Shown piece by piece: positions 51,214 through 51,621 of a DNA stretch of 51,621 bases. The notes below the pieces were generated by a model, which saw only the letters and a list, made by a program, of their open reading frames with translations, was not told where the DNA came from and did not search any database. The stretch covers positions 1 through 51,621 of the forward strand of contig OMJI01000097.1 in the NCBI GenBank assembly GCA_900299315.1, in the 5' to 3' direction. Position 1 is the first letter of the stretch. Each line of letters starts with the position of its first letter. The stretch is from Verrucomicrobiota bacterium (lineage in GTDB: Bacteria > Verrucomicrobiota > Verrucomicrobiia > Palsa-1439). The translations under genes were made by a program, and so were the position numbers.

Positions 51214-51621
51214 ATGGCGCAAACGCGAGAGGGTGGGCTGTGGCAGAAGGCGCAGCAGTTTTTGTTGGAGATACCGGTGGAGGTGTTGACCGGCCGTTCG
51301 GGGGCGCACCGGATCCGCAAGGCGTGCGCGTTCGTGTGGATGGTGGTGCGCGGGTTTGCGGCCAACCGGGGGCCGATGCGGGCGGCGGCGCTGGCGTATA
51401 CGACGTTGCTGGCGCTGGTGCCGTTGCTGGTGGTGGCGTTGAGCGTGTCGAAGAACCTGCTCAAGGAGACCACCGGGCAGGTGGTGCCGCGGTTGATCGA
51501 CCAGGCGGTCGCGACGGTGATCCCGCAACTGGAACATCTGCCGTTGCCGGACGACGCGTACGGCCCACCGGCGCCGGGGCAGGCGGTGATGTCGTCGCAG
51601 GCCCGGCAGGAGGTGGTGGCG
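51214..51621 (+). CDS. YihY/BrkB-family membrane protein (5' part, runs off window)
   Basis: ATG 51214, open to the window end; RGFAANRGPMRAAALAYTTLLALVPLLVV is the YihY/virulence factor BrkB N-terminal signature. Confidence 0.75.
   Translation, partial: MAQTREGGLWQKAQQFLLEIPVEVLTGRSGAHRIRKACAFVWMVVRGFAANRGPMRAAALAYTTLLALVPLLVVALSVSKNLLKETTGQVVPRLIDQAVATVIPQLEHLPLPDDAYGPPAPGQAVMSSQARQEVVA

Noticed and set aside
50838-51473. 211-aa minus-strand ORF
   Set aside because: It spans REP-like repeats and runs antisense to the YihY/BrkB-family gene that starts at 51214. Part of its sequence (CSRSVSFGRGSRLGY) is simply the translated REPIN repeat, which is also seen in spurious ORF 48040..48477.

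Overview
This is a high-GC, gene-dense chromosomal segment. Content such as UBact/proteasome genes, HEAT-repeat proteins and Ig-repeat surface proteins suggests a PVC-group (Verrucomicrobiota-like) bacterium, but that assignment is inference only. I can support 2 tRNAs (Val-GAC, Ala-CGC), about 50 CDS, several promoter-like sites and several repeat families. Main blocks, in order: (1) A sigma-54 NtrC-type two-component system lies divergent from an exact -24/-12 promoter that drives an envelope thiol-redox operon (DUF3570, ApbE, TlpA, DUF4266, DsbD). (2) A 1037-aa surface protein carries seven tandem Ig-like repeats. (3) Glycan and hydrolase genes are followed by a cNMP-binding/patatin fusion protein. 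(4) parB is present without parA, and a near-consensus parS-like site lies 15 kb away. (5) A CysM-Mec(JAMM) sulfur-carrier cysteine pathway is present, with the CysO/MoaD-like beta-grasp fused in frame through its Gly-Gly to a MoeB-rhodanese E1-like enzyme. (6) A seven-gene minus-strand cluster has no function I can assign: a MotA/ExbB-type channel with a long coiled-coil tail, two ExbD-like proteins, and two copies of an (unknown protein + HEAT-repeat protein) module. (7) A complete bacterial proteasome and ubiquitin-like tagging locus is present (ARC/Mpa-like ATPase, Dop-like, prcB, prcA, PafA-like). It includes a 58-codon UBact-type modifier ORF that is below the ORF-track cutoff, and a HicAB toxin-antitoxin pair sits inside the locus. 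(8) Intergenic DNA holds REP/REPIN-like GTAG-headed hairpins with compensatory stem changes, an exact 41-bp tandem array of 6-7 units, and a lower-GC islet with small ORFs and 47-bp direct repeats. Many long ORFs in the track are antisense shadow ORFs typical of high-GC DNA and were rejected.
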